DNA from: Rhynchopus sp. YZ270_cl-10
Lineage: Eukaryota
Assembly (NCBI GenBank): GCA_964035575.1
Contig: OZ037838.1
Span: 434,001-498,000 of the forward strand
Length of the DNA: 64,000 nt
Direction: 5' to 3'
A program made the position numbers and the translations under genes. The notes beneath the pieces are model-generated. The model was given only the letters and a program-made list of their open reading frames with translations, did not search any database and had not been told where the DNA came from. How positions within the stretch are numbered: position 1 is the first letter of the stretch; every line of letters begins with the position of its first letter. Positions 35,859 to 47,490 of the stretch are shown here, piece after piece.

Positions 35859-37166
35859 CTACAGAATGGACACCGTCGCACCCACAAACGAACACGCCAA
35901 ATAAGCAGGGTGGCTCACGTTGATGTGCACCACATTGTCGCCGTCTGTGTGTATCAATTGGCTGCCTGCAAGCTCGAGGTCGAATGTGTTGCCCACGAAC
36001 AAGGATGTTGATGATAAAACAAGCCCAACTTGCTCCAGGTCACACCACGTTTCGTGGACCCGCCTGTCCGCCACCCCGATCACGAAACGGTGTCCACTTC
36101 CCTCATGTGGCTCAGCTCGCAGCCTGATGCGGCCCTGCTGGAGGGGTGTGTCTGTTGTGATCGAGAGCGGGCCTTCGACCGGGTGGTATGTTACGTCCTT
36201 GCCTTGGTTTGTGACGTTCACCCAGCCCTCGTTGCCGTTCTGGTCGATGTACGCGCCCTGTGGTACGTACTCATCGAATTCAGGATCATAGTAGCCACCT
36301 TCGTACCAGGTGAGGTTGCATGGAGGCAGTGCGGTGATGTGCATCTTTTGGAAGCAGACGCAGTGTGCAGGCTCGGTGTACACTAGGCTGGGCTCTGCAG
36401 GTGTTGTGGGGGGTTGTGGCAGTGCTGCGATGCGTGTCTGCAGTGCGACGGCGTCGGTGATGATACGCAGCGGTTGGTCATCAGGCAGCCTCTGCAACGC
36501 CTCGTCACAGCACAGCACTGCTGCCGCAGCAGCAACGTACTCCCTCCCCTGCTGCTCCTCTGCACGCAGCTGTCTGCTATGCTGCAGACCAGCTCGCAGT
36601 GCCTCCTCCTCCACGCGCACGGCTGCCCTGCCCGCACACTCCTGCGCCAATAGGCACGCCACAAGCGCACGCTTTACATGCTTCGTTGCAGAGGATGTGA
36701 ACAGCGACTCACGCATCTGCACAAAGCTGCCCGCAATGCCATCACATACGGCCCTCACATCGCCCGCCGCCATGCACGCAGCTGCCCGCTCTGCGTGATA
36801 CGCATCAAGCAGGTCTACACAGCAGTGCCCTCTGTGGACACCATGGCGTTCACAACGCAGACACATCAGCCCACCACAGGAAGGCTCTGTGCACACCAGG
36901 CAGAGGTCCTGCTCTGTGTGTATCTCGCACTTCGCCGCCACCCCATACCCTACCAGACGCGCACGGTGCACACCCTGGTCTCTCGCCCGCGGATGCGTCG
37001 CCACAAAGCACCCTTCCTTATCACACAGGAAGAGGTCCACACAGGCGCCACACGTCAACGTAGCATGTGTCCCACACACTTCACAGGGAGAGAGCGGAGA
37101 GATGGGCGCTGGTGGTGCTGATGGGGTTGGTGCCGGTACCTCTGCGCGCAGCACGCCGTTGGCCAT
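35859..37166 (-). CDS. Double B-box zinc finger, coiled-coil protein (TRIM-like, no RING seen), ~435 aa
   Basis: CEVC..C..C..LC..C...H and CEIH..LVC...C..LMCLRC...H.GH motifs, then a helical region and a beta-rich C-terminal domain; start taken at MANGVL. Confidence 0.75.
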   Translation of the reverse strand: MANGVLRAEVPAPTPSAPPAPISPLSPCEVCGTHATLTCGACVDLFLCDKEGCFVATHPRARDQGVHRARLVGYGVAAKCEIHTEQDLCLVCTEPSCGGLMCLRCERHGVHRGHCCVDLLDAYHAERAAACMAAGDVRAVCDGIAGSFVQMRESLFTSSATKHVKRALVACLLAQECAGRAAVRVEEEALRAGLQHSRQLRAEEQQGREYVAAAAAVLCCDEALQRLPDDQPLRIITDAVALQTRIAALPQPPTTPAEPSLVYTEPAHCVCFQKMHITALPPCNLTWYEGGYYDPEFDEYVPQGAYIDQNGNEGWVNVTNQGKDVTYHPVEGPLSITTDTPLQQGRIRLRAEPHEGSGHRFVIGVADRRVHETWCDLEQVGLVLSSTSLFVGNTFDLELAGSQLIHTDGDNVVHINVSHPAYLACSFVGATVSIL

Positions 37167-37496
37167 TAATAGATACTCCCTACCCTTCAATTGATGTGAT
37201 GCAACTGAAACAAAAGGGTTGTGAGCAGTGTGCAGAGAGAGAGACTGTGGAGCGAAATATACACAAATTTCTGTGGGGGGTAAATTGATGCGAAGAGAAT
37301 GGGACGGAGGTGCCGGGTGGCGGTGATGTCCCCCTAGGTATGGGTAACAGTACATGCCACAACACAGCTGTTGTGCTGACGGTTTTTATAATAAAAACCC
37401 CATATCAGAGTATACAGTGCAGGCAGACGGTTGGGGGGGGGGGTGTGCGGGTGGTTGTGGCATCAAAATTGAGAGGGGGGACGAAGGGATGGGATG

Positions 37497-38114
37497 GGAG
37501 GGGGGGAGGAGAGGGGGGGAGGAGAGGGGGGGAGGAGAGGGGGGGAGGAGAGGGGGGGAGGGGAGGGGGGGAGGAGAGGGGGGGAGGAGAGGGGGGGAGG
37601 AGAGGGGGGGAGGAGAGGGGGGGAGGGGAGGGGGGGAGGAGAGGGGGGGAGGAGAGGGGGGGAGGGGAGGGGGGGAGGAGAGGGGGTGAGGAGAGGGGGG
37701 GAGGAGAGGGGGTGAGGAGAGGGGGGGAGGAGAGGGGGGGAGGAGAGGGGGGGAGGAGAGGGGGGGAGGAGAGGGGGGGAGGAGAGGGGGGGAGGAGAGG
37801 GGGGGAGGGGAGGGGGGGAGGAGAGGGGGGGAGGAGAGGGGGGGAGGAGAGGGGGGGAGGAGAGGGGGGGAGGAGAGGGGGGGAGGGGAGGGGGGGAGGA
37901 GAGGGGGGGAGGAGAGGGGGGGAGGGGAGGGGGGGAGGAGAGGGGGGGAGGAGAGGGGGGGAGGAGAGGGGGGGAGGAGAGGGGGGGAGGAGAGGGGGGG
38001 AGGAGAGGGGGGGAGGAGAGGGGGGGAGGAGAGGGGGGGAGGGGAGGGGGGGAGGAGAGGGGGGGAGGAGAGGGGGGGAGGAGAGGGGGGGAGGAGAGGG
38101 GGGGAGGGGAGGGG
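37497..38114 (+). repeat. Polypurine 13-bp minisatellite (GGAGAGGGGGGGA)n, ~47 units
   Basis: Read directly from the sequence. Confidence 0.95.
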
Positions 38115-38769
38115 CGAACACTGTAAGGCTATCTAAAAAGGTAAAATACCTTGTTTTATTTTAAAATAATTTTTTGCTGTTTTTCTTCGGCAGTTGTAAT
38201 ACCCCGGTTGTGGAGGGGAAATGCCGTTATTTTTTTTTTGAAAAACTTTTTTACCATTCCTTTATAGGGAACGGAGCATGTACGGTCCTAGAGAACTCCA
38301 AGAGAATGGAGTCGGTAGGGCTAAAGAGGAAGTTGCCTTTCCTAAACGTGCACACAACACAACAACTGGCGAGAAGGGGGAGGTGTCGTCACTCACCTTG
38401 TATCATCATTGAAATACCATTGCTTACCAATGGTACACTCTGATACTGTTGCCCCCTTTTTTTATATGTTATGCTTCAGGAGCGTCTTGGCGTACACTCA
38501 CATCAACAGTGTGGGAGCTTTTACAACAACTTCATACCCACTGAACTGAAAAGAACAAAGGGGGAAAAAAAAAATGCCAAAATAAAGGGAAGAGTAGAAA
38601 TTGCAGACCAATGCCCATTCCCCCCTTTTTGGCAAAATTCTTTTTTCCTGGAAAATTTTTGGACAATAAAAAAAATATACACTGGGCACCTTGTTGGCAC
38701 CCATTTCCCCCCTCCCCTACGTTCTACTCCCAATAATACCACACGCCCTGCACACCGCCTCTCTCTACC

Positions 38770-39642
38770 TCAGTAATGTGTGGTTTTTTTTTCGCATCGT
38801 TCCTCGGTGTGGAGCTCGGCACGCACTTGGTTTCCTTCGATGGTGTCGCCAAAGGACTTATCCACAACTGTGGTCTTGATGACGTTTTCTCCACTGGCGT
38901 CAGCCTCTACGGTCTCCACTGTACGGGTGTGCCTCGTCTCGTCCTCCCGTTCGACAGTTGTTTCGGTGATGTGTGTGCCGTGGTCTGTGTCCTTCCCAAC
39001 GACGGTTTTCACTACGGTTGCAGCTCCGTGCTGCACAACCATCTCCTGGACATGTGCGTCCTTTGTGTCCTTGTCGATGATCTCCTCATGAATGTGCCCC
39101 GACTTGCCATCCTTATCAATGATTTCCTTGTGGAAGTGGCCGTGCTTGGTGTCACGGTCGATCACCATTTTTGCGGTGTGGGTGTGCGCGCCGTGGCCGT
39201 CGCCGTCAGAGACTTCGGTGTGGATGTGTCCTCCAGGGATGTCCTTGTCTTTGACGAGGACGCGGGTTTCTTCGTCGCTTTCGCCGCCAATGATGTGGCG
39301 TATCTTTGTGCGCTCCTCGTGAATGCAGACACCGTCGACGACCTCGTTGGTGACAGTCGTATAGGCAATGCCGGAGCCGTCCTTCGAGGGCTTGTGTGTG
39401 GTCTTGATGTCCATGTGGTGGTGGTGGTTGTCGATGTCACGGTCGATCACCACAACACGTTCCCCCACATTCCGCTTCGAGTCAGTACACTCGCGCACCT
39501 CCTCATGCATGTGTGCACCCTTCCCGTCCATGTCCTTCACAACAGTGGTAGAATGCACCGGACCTTCGTCGCTCTCACGTCTGTCCTCATGCGTGTGCAG
39601 CCCGCCGTTGAAATCGTCCGTGACAGTGTGTGTGCTAGGCAT
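38770..39642 (-). CDS. His/Thr/acidic-rich repeat protein of unknown function (290 aa)
   Basis: Long GC-rich ORF from MPSTHTV with recurring GxHxHEExxDKD strands. Confidence 0.7.
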   Translation of the reverse strand: MPSTHTVTDDFNGGLHTHEDRRESDEGPVHSTTVVKDMDGKGAHMHEEVRECTDSKRNVGERVVVIDRDIDNHHHHMDIKTTHKPSKDGSGIAYTTVTNEVVDGVCIHEERTKIRHIIGGESDEETRVLVKDKDIPGGHIHTEVSDGDGHGAHTHTAKMVIDRDTKHGHFHKEIIDKDGKSGHIHEEIIDKDTKDAHVQEMVVQHGAATVVKTVVGKDTDHGTHITETTVEREDETRHTRTVETVEADASGENVIKTTVVDKSFGDTIEGNQVRAELHTEERCEKKTTHY

Positions 39643-40464
39643 AGTGAGTAAGTGTAAAGGGGAGGGGGGTGGGGAGAATAAAGTGTAAAAGGGAAAGGGG
39701 GGTGTGAAACCTGTGGCGTGTTTGAAAAACCAAGTTGTGGTGCGCGGGGAATACGACTCGGTTTGGGCATTGGGTCGCGTCAGAAGGCTCTCATTTTGGG
39801 AAGTTTTGAAAAGTGCCAACACCTTCACTGATACGGGGTACAGTTCAAAATAAGACTGGTTGTGTCCTTCCACCCACACTACCATGGGAAAATAACTCTG
39901 ACTCAAGTCAACCGAAGACGTCCACAACCTTCTCCCCTCAACGTAAGGAACGCAGAAGACAGCTACACGTGCAGAGTGGTGTGTGAGGAGAGAAATGGGG
40001 GAAATCTGTTTCTTTTTTTATCCCAAAGCTCAACCTGGCTTGCTATTCCCCTTTGGCACTCATGACCGAGCTTTCGGTCTCTACCGATTATTCGGCACTG
40101 CCAGCAACACTGTGAACGTATCACAACACAAACAACCTACCATCATTGGTGCACCCGTTGCCTCACATGTGTCAACTCTCACAGACAGACTCCGCAAAGG
40201 GCATCACAGCCCAAGGTAGCGTGGTGGAATGTAAATGCACACACCTCCACCTGTCGGTGAAGTGTGCTGTACCAACCCGCCCCCAAAATAGAATAATTGT
40301 AACCGCGCTCCTACTTTTCCTGTGTATGTTTTCCCCCCGCAACAATAAAAATAAGTTAGACAAAAATTGAGAGGTTGTGGTGAAACGCACCTCGACCTGT
40401 CGGTAAAATGTGGCTCTACTCCAACCCGCCTCAGAATAGAAAATAGAAAAAGGAAGGGAAAACA

Positions 40465-41598
40465 TCACTCAGTGTTGTGTGGGTACAGAGGCTTCGTCAC
40501 AATGGTGTTGCTTGAGGACACAAACACAGCCACACGCGAACACGGTGATACCGCAAATGACAAACACGTGGAGTGAAGGTCAACAATCACGCGCACACGG
40601 GACATCGTCGCCACATCGTACTGGTGCAGTTCTACACTACCTTCATCATCTCGTTCATCGTCATAATATTCCTGCACCTTGACCACAAGGTACTTCCCAC
40701 ACGGAGTGAACTGCATGTGCGTGTCCTCGAGATCCCACCCATCCACATCAATAATGCCAAGCGCCGCACCACTCCAATCAAAGAGGTGCACACCGTCCTT
40801 CTCCCCCACAGCAAAGACAGAGGCAGACCGTGAAAGCGCCACTCCACACAACCCATCCGTCGGCACACATGCCACAGCTTCACCTGTGTTCACATCCCAC
40901 AGACGTCCCTTCCTCCGGGAATGTGCGGAGGCGAGCAGCCACCCACCACAGTGCGACAGAGCCACTTTCTGTGTGCCCCTGCACTCGTGCGATACAGAGC
41001 GGAGCAACGTCAGGTCTTCGTCATACACAGAAACGCCTCCTGTGCCCTGGGAGAGAACAACACCACCACACGCAAACACTGAGTACGAGGGGCCGTCGAC
41101 TTTGCGGACCACCTCCCCACCCGGAAGCGCAACCATGCGTAAGTCTTCCCCATACGCCAGGTAGCAACGTGTCTTGCACTGCGAGATGGCAGGCAGGATT
41201 TGCCAAGTACCGTCCACTTTGAACGAGAAGACAGTGTCGAAGGTTTCTGTGTCGAAGCCGACATACACCTCGTTCTTCTGTACAAAGACGCAGAGCGTTC
41301 CACAACGCGACAGCGACAAGTGCTTCACACTCCGCTGTGCACTGTACTCAGCAGGATACTTGATGTCGGCAAAGCGGGGGCGGGCAAGCACAACCTGCAC
41401 CCCTGCATCAAACGCAGTGTCCTGCAGACGGCACGTCCCCTCCAGCACCTGCGTGCCGATGCGCATCTCGACAGACGCAGGCGAGACAGCAAGCGCCGTG
41501 CACGCAACCTCCTTTGCCGCTGCAACGTCCGCCTCGCACGGCACCTCCACTGTCGCAGTCACGCCTGACTCTTCCAGCACAAAGGTCACATCCGTCAT
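40465..41598 (-). CDS. UBL-propeller copy 11 (377 aa)
   Basis: Intact ORF. Confidence 0.85.
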   Translation of the reverse strand: MTDVTFVLEESGVTATVEVPCEADVAAAKEVACTALAVSPASVEMRIGTQVLEGTCRLQDTAFDAGVQVVLARPRFADIKYPAEYSAQRSVKHLSLSRCGTLCVFVQKNEVYVGFDTETFDTVFSFKVDGTWQILPAISQCKTRCYLAYGEDLRMVALPGGEVVRKVDGPSYSVFACGGVVLSQGTGGVSVYDEDLTLLRSVSHECRGTQKVALSHCGGWLLASAHSRRKGRLWDVNTGEAVACVPTDGLCGVALSRSASVFAVGEKDGVHLFDWSGAALGIIDVDGWDLEDTHMQFTPCGKYLVVKVQEYYDDERDDEGSVELHQYDVATMSRVRVIVDLHSTCLSFAVSPCSRVAVFVSSSNTIVTKPLYPHNTE

Positions 41599-41704
41599 TG
41601 TTTTTGGCTAATTATTGCTCTGGGGCAGTGTTGAGGGTGTGAGGGAGAGGTGTTGTTCTGTCCTGCATGGTTGTGGTGGTTTTCGTTGTGAATCACAAAA
41701 GTAA

Positions 41705-41972
41705 GTGTTGTGAAGACGCCTCAGGAGTACATGCAGCTTGCATCGCAGAAGCAGCACTGAGGACCCAAAGACGTCGCAGGTTACGTACTCAAAGTCTTCG
41801 ATGCTGCTGTCAGAGTCACGGTCTTGCCAGAAGCGTTCTCTGTCACTGCGCTTCAGGGTGCGTATGAGGGTGCGGCTCTCGGTGTCCCAGAGTTCGATTG
41901 CGCCGAAGACGCAGGCGATGCAGCGGTTGCCGGGCAGTGTCTTGACTGAGGTGTAGATCACCTCGGCACCTT
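41705..41972 (-). pseudogene. Fragment of a different WD40-like gene
   Basis: Coding-like GC island reading ..CIACVFGAIELWDTESRTLIRTL..; no ATG start, preceded by a pyrimidine tract and AG. Confidence 0.35.
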
Positions 41973-42502
41973 CAGGGGAGGAGGAAGAGGGCCAGGAAAA
42001 TGAAAAGACCAGTCTTTATTCTCTGCTCAAAGTCAATCAATCAAGTATGCTTTGAAAAGAAAAAGCCCCTCAGCTAACCAAAAACAAACCCGATATGAAG
42101 TAAAACGTACGGGGGAGCAGAAACACACTGACTAGGAATCAAAAATTGAAAATCCTGATGAGGTGTTGTGTATTCCCGGTCCCCTTCCAACCTTACCGTA
42201 AGTAAGTGGTAGAAAATATCAAAAAGTAAGAGGAATTGTCGCTATTATTTGTATGTTATCCGAACCCCCCAATCCGCAGCAAAGCTGCTCAAACAAGTTT
42301 GATTCTGAAGGGGAAGAGGAGGAAGCTGTCGGTAGGACCTCCACACATCCCCTCCCACAGAGTTCACCTTCATAATAGATCTCCATGGCTTGTGCCTGTG
42401 GGGTGTATAGGTAAGGCGTGACGAAATTGAAACCGCACCCTACTTTTCCTTTTTATGTTTTTCCCCCACCCCCGAAAACAATAAAGCAATAAAAACAATA
42501 AA

Positions 42503-44964
42503 GGAGGTACCCTAAATTGGTCAAAAATGGTAAAAATGGTAAAAATGGTAGGAATTTTGGGGGCTTTTTTAGGGGAAAAAAAGGGTGAGGGGAGTTGGGT
42601 CCAGTCATAGGGGGTATAGCATATTTTTTGGAAAATTCTTCAAAAAATCAAGGATTTTTGCTGGGCACAATGAAAATTTTCAGAAAAATCCCAATTTTCG
42701 GCCAAATTTGGAGCAAATTATGGCCCACCCACCCCGATTTTGGGTCAAAAACCGACTTCATTTTTGCACAGGAGTGCCTACGATTTCGTAAACCAGAGGT
42801 CCTCTGGATGCATGCATTGATAAACACAACACTGGAAATTGCAAGGAACGGGTCTGCATGTGCGTGTTCTCTAGCCACCACAGTCACAGGGTATGCACAA
42901 AATGACCGAAGTGCAATGGCGTGAACGAAGTGCAATGGCGATAATGGAAAGATAGATGCCGGCATTGGTGAATTGCTGGAGTTCTGCACAGGAAGCTAGC
43001 ATGACGTAGAATCACTGTGTGAACAAAATGACCGTATTTTGGTTGAAAATTTGACTTGAAAATTTTTTTCATAATTTGCCCAATCGAAGGTTTTCCTTGG
43101 ATTTTTTGGGCCATTTTATGACGTACCACGCCCGATTTTGGGCGAAAAAAAAATTTTTTATTGCCTCCAAATATTGTGCCTCAAGCCAAAATGCTTTAGG
43201 GGGGCAGGAAATAAAGTAGGTTTTTTTCCCTGCATTTTTTAGCCGTAAATGGCTGGGGTGAGGGAAAAAAAGTAAATTTGAGCAGGGAATAAATAGTAAA
43301 TAGCCGGGAACCCCAGCTAAAAAGGGGCAGGGAATAAAAAGTCTATTTTTCCCTGCTGTTTTTTTTGATTTTTTGCCTTCTAAGGTGCGCCTCCGTACTA
43401 ACTAGACTCTCGAAAATTTTTTTTGGTCACACCCCTAAAAGTGCCCAATTTTGCAATTCCAGCAAGAATTGAGCAGTTTTGAGCCTTTCTAGGGGTCTAA
43501 AACGCGTTTTTGAGGTTTTTTTCCACCCAAAAAACTTCCCAGAGGGATTTTAACGTCAAAACCACAAGATCATGCCAAGGACTACCAAGAAGCAGGCCAC
43601 AGATATCTATGAGGATGCTCAGAAGAAGGCGCCCACAAAAGAAACCCATGACATCGCTTTGCAAGGATTTCTGAAATTGTCGAAGATCAAGTCCCGCAAG
43701 CCACGTGAGAAGATTACACCGCTACTTCGATCACTTGCACAAAGAACGGAAATTGAAGTCAACACCATCTGGAGTTACTTCAGCCGTCTCAACAAAAAAC
43801 ACTAACAAAAGTATTCAGACATACAAAAAGACCCTCCTCTCCTAGTTTTCGGCTTCATTTCTTTTTGTACGGCACCCCAAGCACCCACCAACAGATGTGC
43901 ACACGCGGTGGGTCAAAACCCCCTAAAATTTTGGCTTTCGGCACTATTTGGAGGCAATAAAATTACAAACTCCTGGGAGAAATTGAAGATTTTTCCCCTT
44001 GGGGGGTGCCAACTCCCTCGGATTCGTATTTCCCTCGCCTTCGGCTCGGGAAATACACATCCTTGGGAGTTGCACCCCCCTCGGGGAAAAAAAGCTTCAA
44101 TTTCTCCCTGGAGTATATAACTATTTTTTGGTCAAAAATCGCCTTGTATTACCACTGTATTGGTGTAGGCTTGTACACAGAAGTGTGTTTTGTGTAACCA
44201 CAGATGGTCAAAACACCCGATTTTTGCATTTTTTTTGCATTTTTTGGTGCCCAAAGACCCACCTCAGTGGTCGAAATTTTCCCGAAAAAAAAAAATTTTT
44301 TTTTTGAGATTTTTCGATTTTTCGACAAGGCGCTGGCCCATACAAAGTGCACTGGTGGTACAGAAAATGGCTGGGGAATAAACTCTAGATGCTCAAAACA
44401 GCCCAATTCATGCTTTTTTTTGACTTTTTGGTCTCAGAAGGGTGCCTAGGGTGTAGTGAGCAGGCCTCAAAAACACTTGTGAAAAAAAATTTTTGGATTT
44501 TTTTTTTTTTGAGATTTTTCGATTTTTTGACAAGGCGCTGGCCCATACAAAATGCACTGGTGGTACAGAAAATGGCTGGGGAATAAACTCTAGATGCTCA
44601 AAACAGCCCAATTCATGCTTTTTTTGACTTTTTGGTCTCAGAAGGGTACCTAGGGTGTAGTGAGCAGGCCTCAAAAACCCTTGTGAAAAAAAAAAAAAAA
44701 ATTTTTTTTTTTTTGAGATTTTTGAAAAATCGGCCGATTTTGCGACCAAATTTGGCTGGGGAATTTCGGCGACCAAAGGGTCCCCCCTTTGGAAAAAAAA
44801 CGAAATGGACCAAAAAAGGTACCCTAACATTTCGGTTTTTTTCGGTTTTCATTTCGTTTTTTTCGGTTTTTCTGGTACAAGGGGAAATTTCCCTTTGCGA
44901 AAAAAAAAAAAAAACGAAATGGACCGAATTACACCGAATTGGACCGAACAGTTAGGGTACCTCC
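42503..44964. mobile_element. Non-autonomous TIR element with 3-bp TSD (AAA), inserted in the left TSD of the MULE-like element
   Basis: TIR GGAGGTACCCTAA; removing it restores TAAAGACAA; internal ~205-bp tandem duplication at 44306-44714. Confidence 0.75.
43153..44124 (+). mobile_element. Second Crypton-like relic
   Basis: Insertion relative to the homologous sequence at 7500-7640; inverted repeat 43153-43172/43945-43963; ~160-bp hairpin centred on CCCTCGCCTTCGGCTCGGG; truncated ORF 43572-43805 ending NTIWSYFSRLNKKH, like the S/TTLWSxYSML motif of Crypton YRs. Confidence 0.5.
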
Positions 44965-45102
44965 AAAGACAAGGGTTTTTCTCTTTAATACCCATTTTCC
45001 TAGTACCCATTTTCGTTAATACCCATTTTCAAAAGTGGGTACTAACGAAAATAAAAAGTGGGTATTAAAGAAAAGAAAAAAAGGGTATTATCGAAAATAT
45101 TT

Positions 45103-45210
45103 TGGGTACTGGGTACTGGGTACTGGGTACTGGGTACTGGGTACTGGGTACTGGGTACTGGGTACTGGGTACTGGGTACTGGGTACTGGGTACTGGGTAC
45201 TGGGTACTGG
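45103..45210 (+). repeat. (CTGGGTA)n array, ~15 units, abutting the left MULE TIR
   Basis: Read directly from the sequence. Confidence 0.97.
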
Positions 45211-46006
45211 CTGACCCAGGTACCCAGGTACACTAGGTACTGGGCACCCAGAGAAGGCACCTTGACAGCAGCGAAGGCGCAAGACAAGGTATGTAAATAT
45301 GTTTACTGGTGAATATTCAACAACCTAGATACCCACCTTTTTACTCAAATGATTTCAATGTTCACTTTCACTCCACCTCTCCTCTCACTCCCCATCGTCC
45401 CTCCTCGTCATTCTCTCATTTGCAGTTACTATGATGCAGAATATTTTACACCCTCAGGCCAACTTATTTTTTTAAGAAGTCACCTTCCATACATTGAAAT
45501 CCCCGGGAGTCGCGGAGACTCTCCACTGGTGTTTTCGAGAGTTTTAGCGATTAAAAAAAAAGAAAAAAAATTCGCGATTAATCGCGAATTTGTGAAAAAC
45601 TCTCGAAAACTCTCCAATTTAAAAAAAAAACTCTCCAAAACTCTCCAAAACTCTCCAATACTCCCCGATTTAAAAAAAATACTCTCGAAAACTCTCCAAT
45701 TTATAAAATAAAAATTTGCGATTAATCGCGAATTTATGAAAAAATCTCGAAAACTGGGCCATCTATCATACAATGCAACGAGGCCGGGTACGCCTGAAAA
45801 TACTCATGTCTGGAAAATATATCTGAGGCGTGCCTGAGGCGTACTCGGGATTAGTTACGTTTAAGTACGCCTCAGGCACGCCTGAGTATATATCAACGCA
45901 TACTTGCGTTCCAGGCGCCTGGTGTGTATTTTTTCCCCGCAAAAAGGGCCTCTGATGCATTTCCGGAGCGATCTGAAAATATTCCGGGGTCGGACAATTT
46001 TTTTTA

Positions 46007-47490
46007 CGCTCCGTCCCAAATTTTTGTCCACACATACGATAAAGTAATAGTTACTCCACTAAATAAATCGAGCAAAAATATGGTGAACTCAGCGGAGCCC
46101 GGTTTTAAAAGTGCCAAAAACGACCTTTTCGTTTTGACGCATTGTGACTACCTCAAATGCACTTTTCAAGGGTAAAAAATTCGGGTTTTCTAAGCACAGC
46201 CAGTGTTCAGTCAAAAATTTTCGCGAAAAAAAAAATAGATTTTTTTTGACTCTAGATGCCGGAACCCAGAAACGTCCATTCGAGCTATTTTTTTTTGGTT
46301 TTGACACACCCTGTGCCCGCCAGGCATAGTCTGTACAAAGTGATTTTTACCTGGATTTTTGCCTGTATTTTCCTTAAGGAAAATACATAGGGAATTATCT
46401 TACGCTCCGTCCCAAATTTTTGTCCACACATACGATAAAGTAATAGTTACTCCACTAAATAAATCGAGCAAAAATATGGTGAACTCAGCGGAGCCCGGTT
46501 TTAAAACTATACTACTGTGTACTATACTATACTGTGTATACTGTGTATACTGTGTATACTGTGTATACTGTGTATACTGTGTATACTGTGTATACTGTGT
46601 ATACTGTGTATACTGTGTATACTGTGTATACTGTGTATACTGTGTATACTGTGTATACTGTGTATACTGTGTATACTGTGTATACTGTGTATACTGTGTA
46701 TACTGTGTATACTGTGTATACTGTGTATACTGTGTATACTGTGTATACTGTGTATACTGTGTATACTGTGTATACTGTGTATACTGTGTATACTGTGTAT
46801 ACTGTGTATACTGTGTATACTGTGTATACTGTGTATACTGTGTATACTGTGTATACTGTGTATACTGTGTATACTGTGTATACTGTGTATACTGTGTATA
46901 CTGTGTATACTGTGTATACTGTGTATACTGTGTATACTGTGTATACTGTGTATACTGTGTATACTGTGTATACTGTGTATACTGTGTATACTGTGTATAC
47001 TGTGTATACTGTGTATACTGTGTATACTGTGTATACTGTGTATACTGTGTATACTGTGTATACTGTGTATACTGTGTATACTGTGTATACTGTGTATACT
47101 GTGTATACTGTGTATACTACCTGTGTGTGACCATACCCCAGATGGTCTGAAGAGTGATCTGACCATATTCTCCAGGTACAATATATACCCGGAGAATCCA
47201 TTGGAGCAAGAATTTTGCACTTTTGAGGACCACAGATTACATACTGCCATTTTTGCGGCCATAATATTTTTGAAAATGGCAAAGACATTTCCTTAAGGAA
47301 TTACAGGGAACCAGGGTCCCTCTCTCTATGGGTTCTGAGGTTTTAGTCACTCAACGAATCTGCTCGATTTTTTTTGACTGTAGATGGGAGGTACCCCAAA
47401 AAATCAATTAAAGCAAGAATTTTACAGTTTTGAATAGTTGTTCTTTATTTAGAAAAGTACCCAGTTTGGACAAAAATTTGGGATTGAGTG
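46007..47490 (+). mobile_element. TTA-TSD TIR element carrying a 9-bp satellite (short copy)
   Basis: TIR C(G/A)CTC..TCCCAAATTTTTGTCCA; TTA on both sides; inverted long copy at 54624-62572. Confidence 0.8.
46528..47118 (+). repeat. (CTGTGTATA)n 9-bp array, ~65 units
   Basis: Read directly from the sequence. Confidence 0.97.

Noticed and set aside
37310..38164. Extensin-like Pro-rich and Gly/Glu/Arg-rich ORFs
   Set aside because: The 13-bp unit is not a multiple of 3 and all frames are open; artefact of the minisatellite
38776..39651. Plus-strand 291-aa ORF and the recurring antisense ORFs over UBL-propeller genes (e.g. 22-414, 24249-24779)
   Set aside because: Shadow ORFs of GC-rich minus-strand genes with no independent motifs
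46359..47296. Long ORFs over satellites (CVY/CIL/YTV/HSI repeats; also 51376-52067, 54818-56119, 60393-60827, 7607-7837)
   Set aside because: Stop-free translations of simple tandem repeats in all frames
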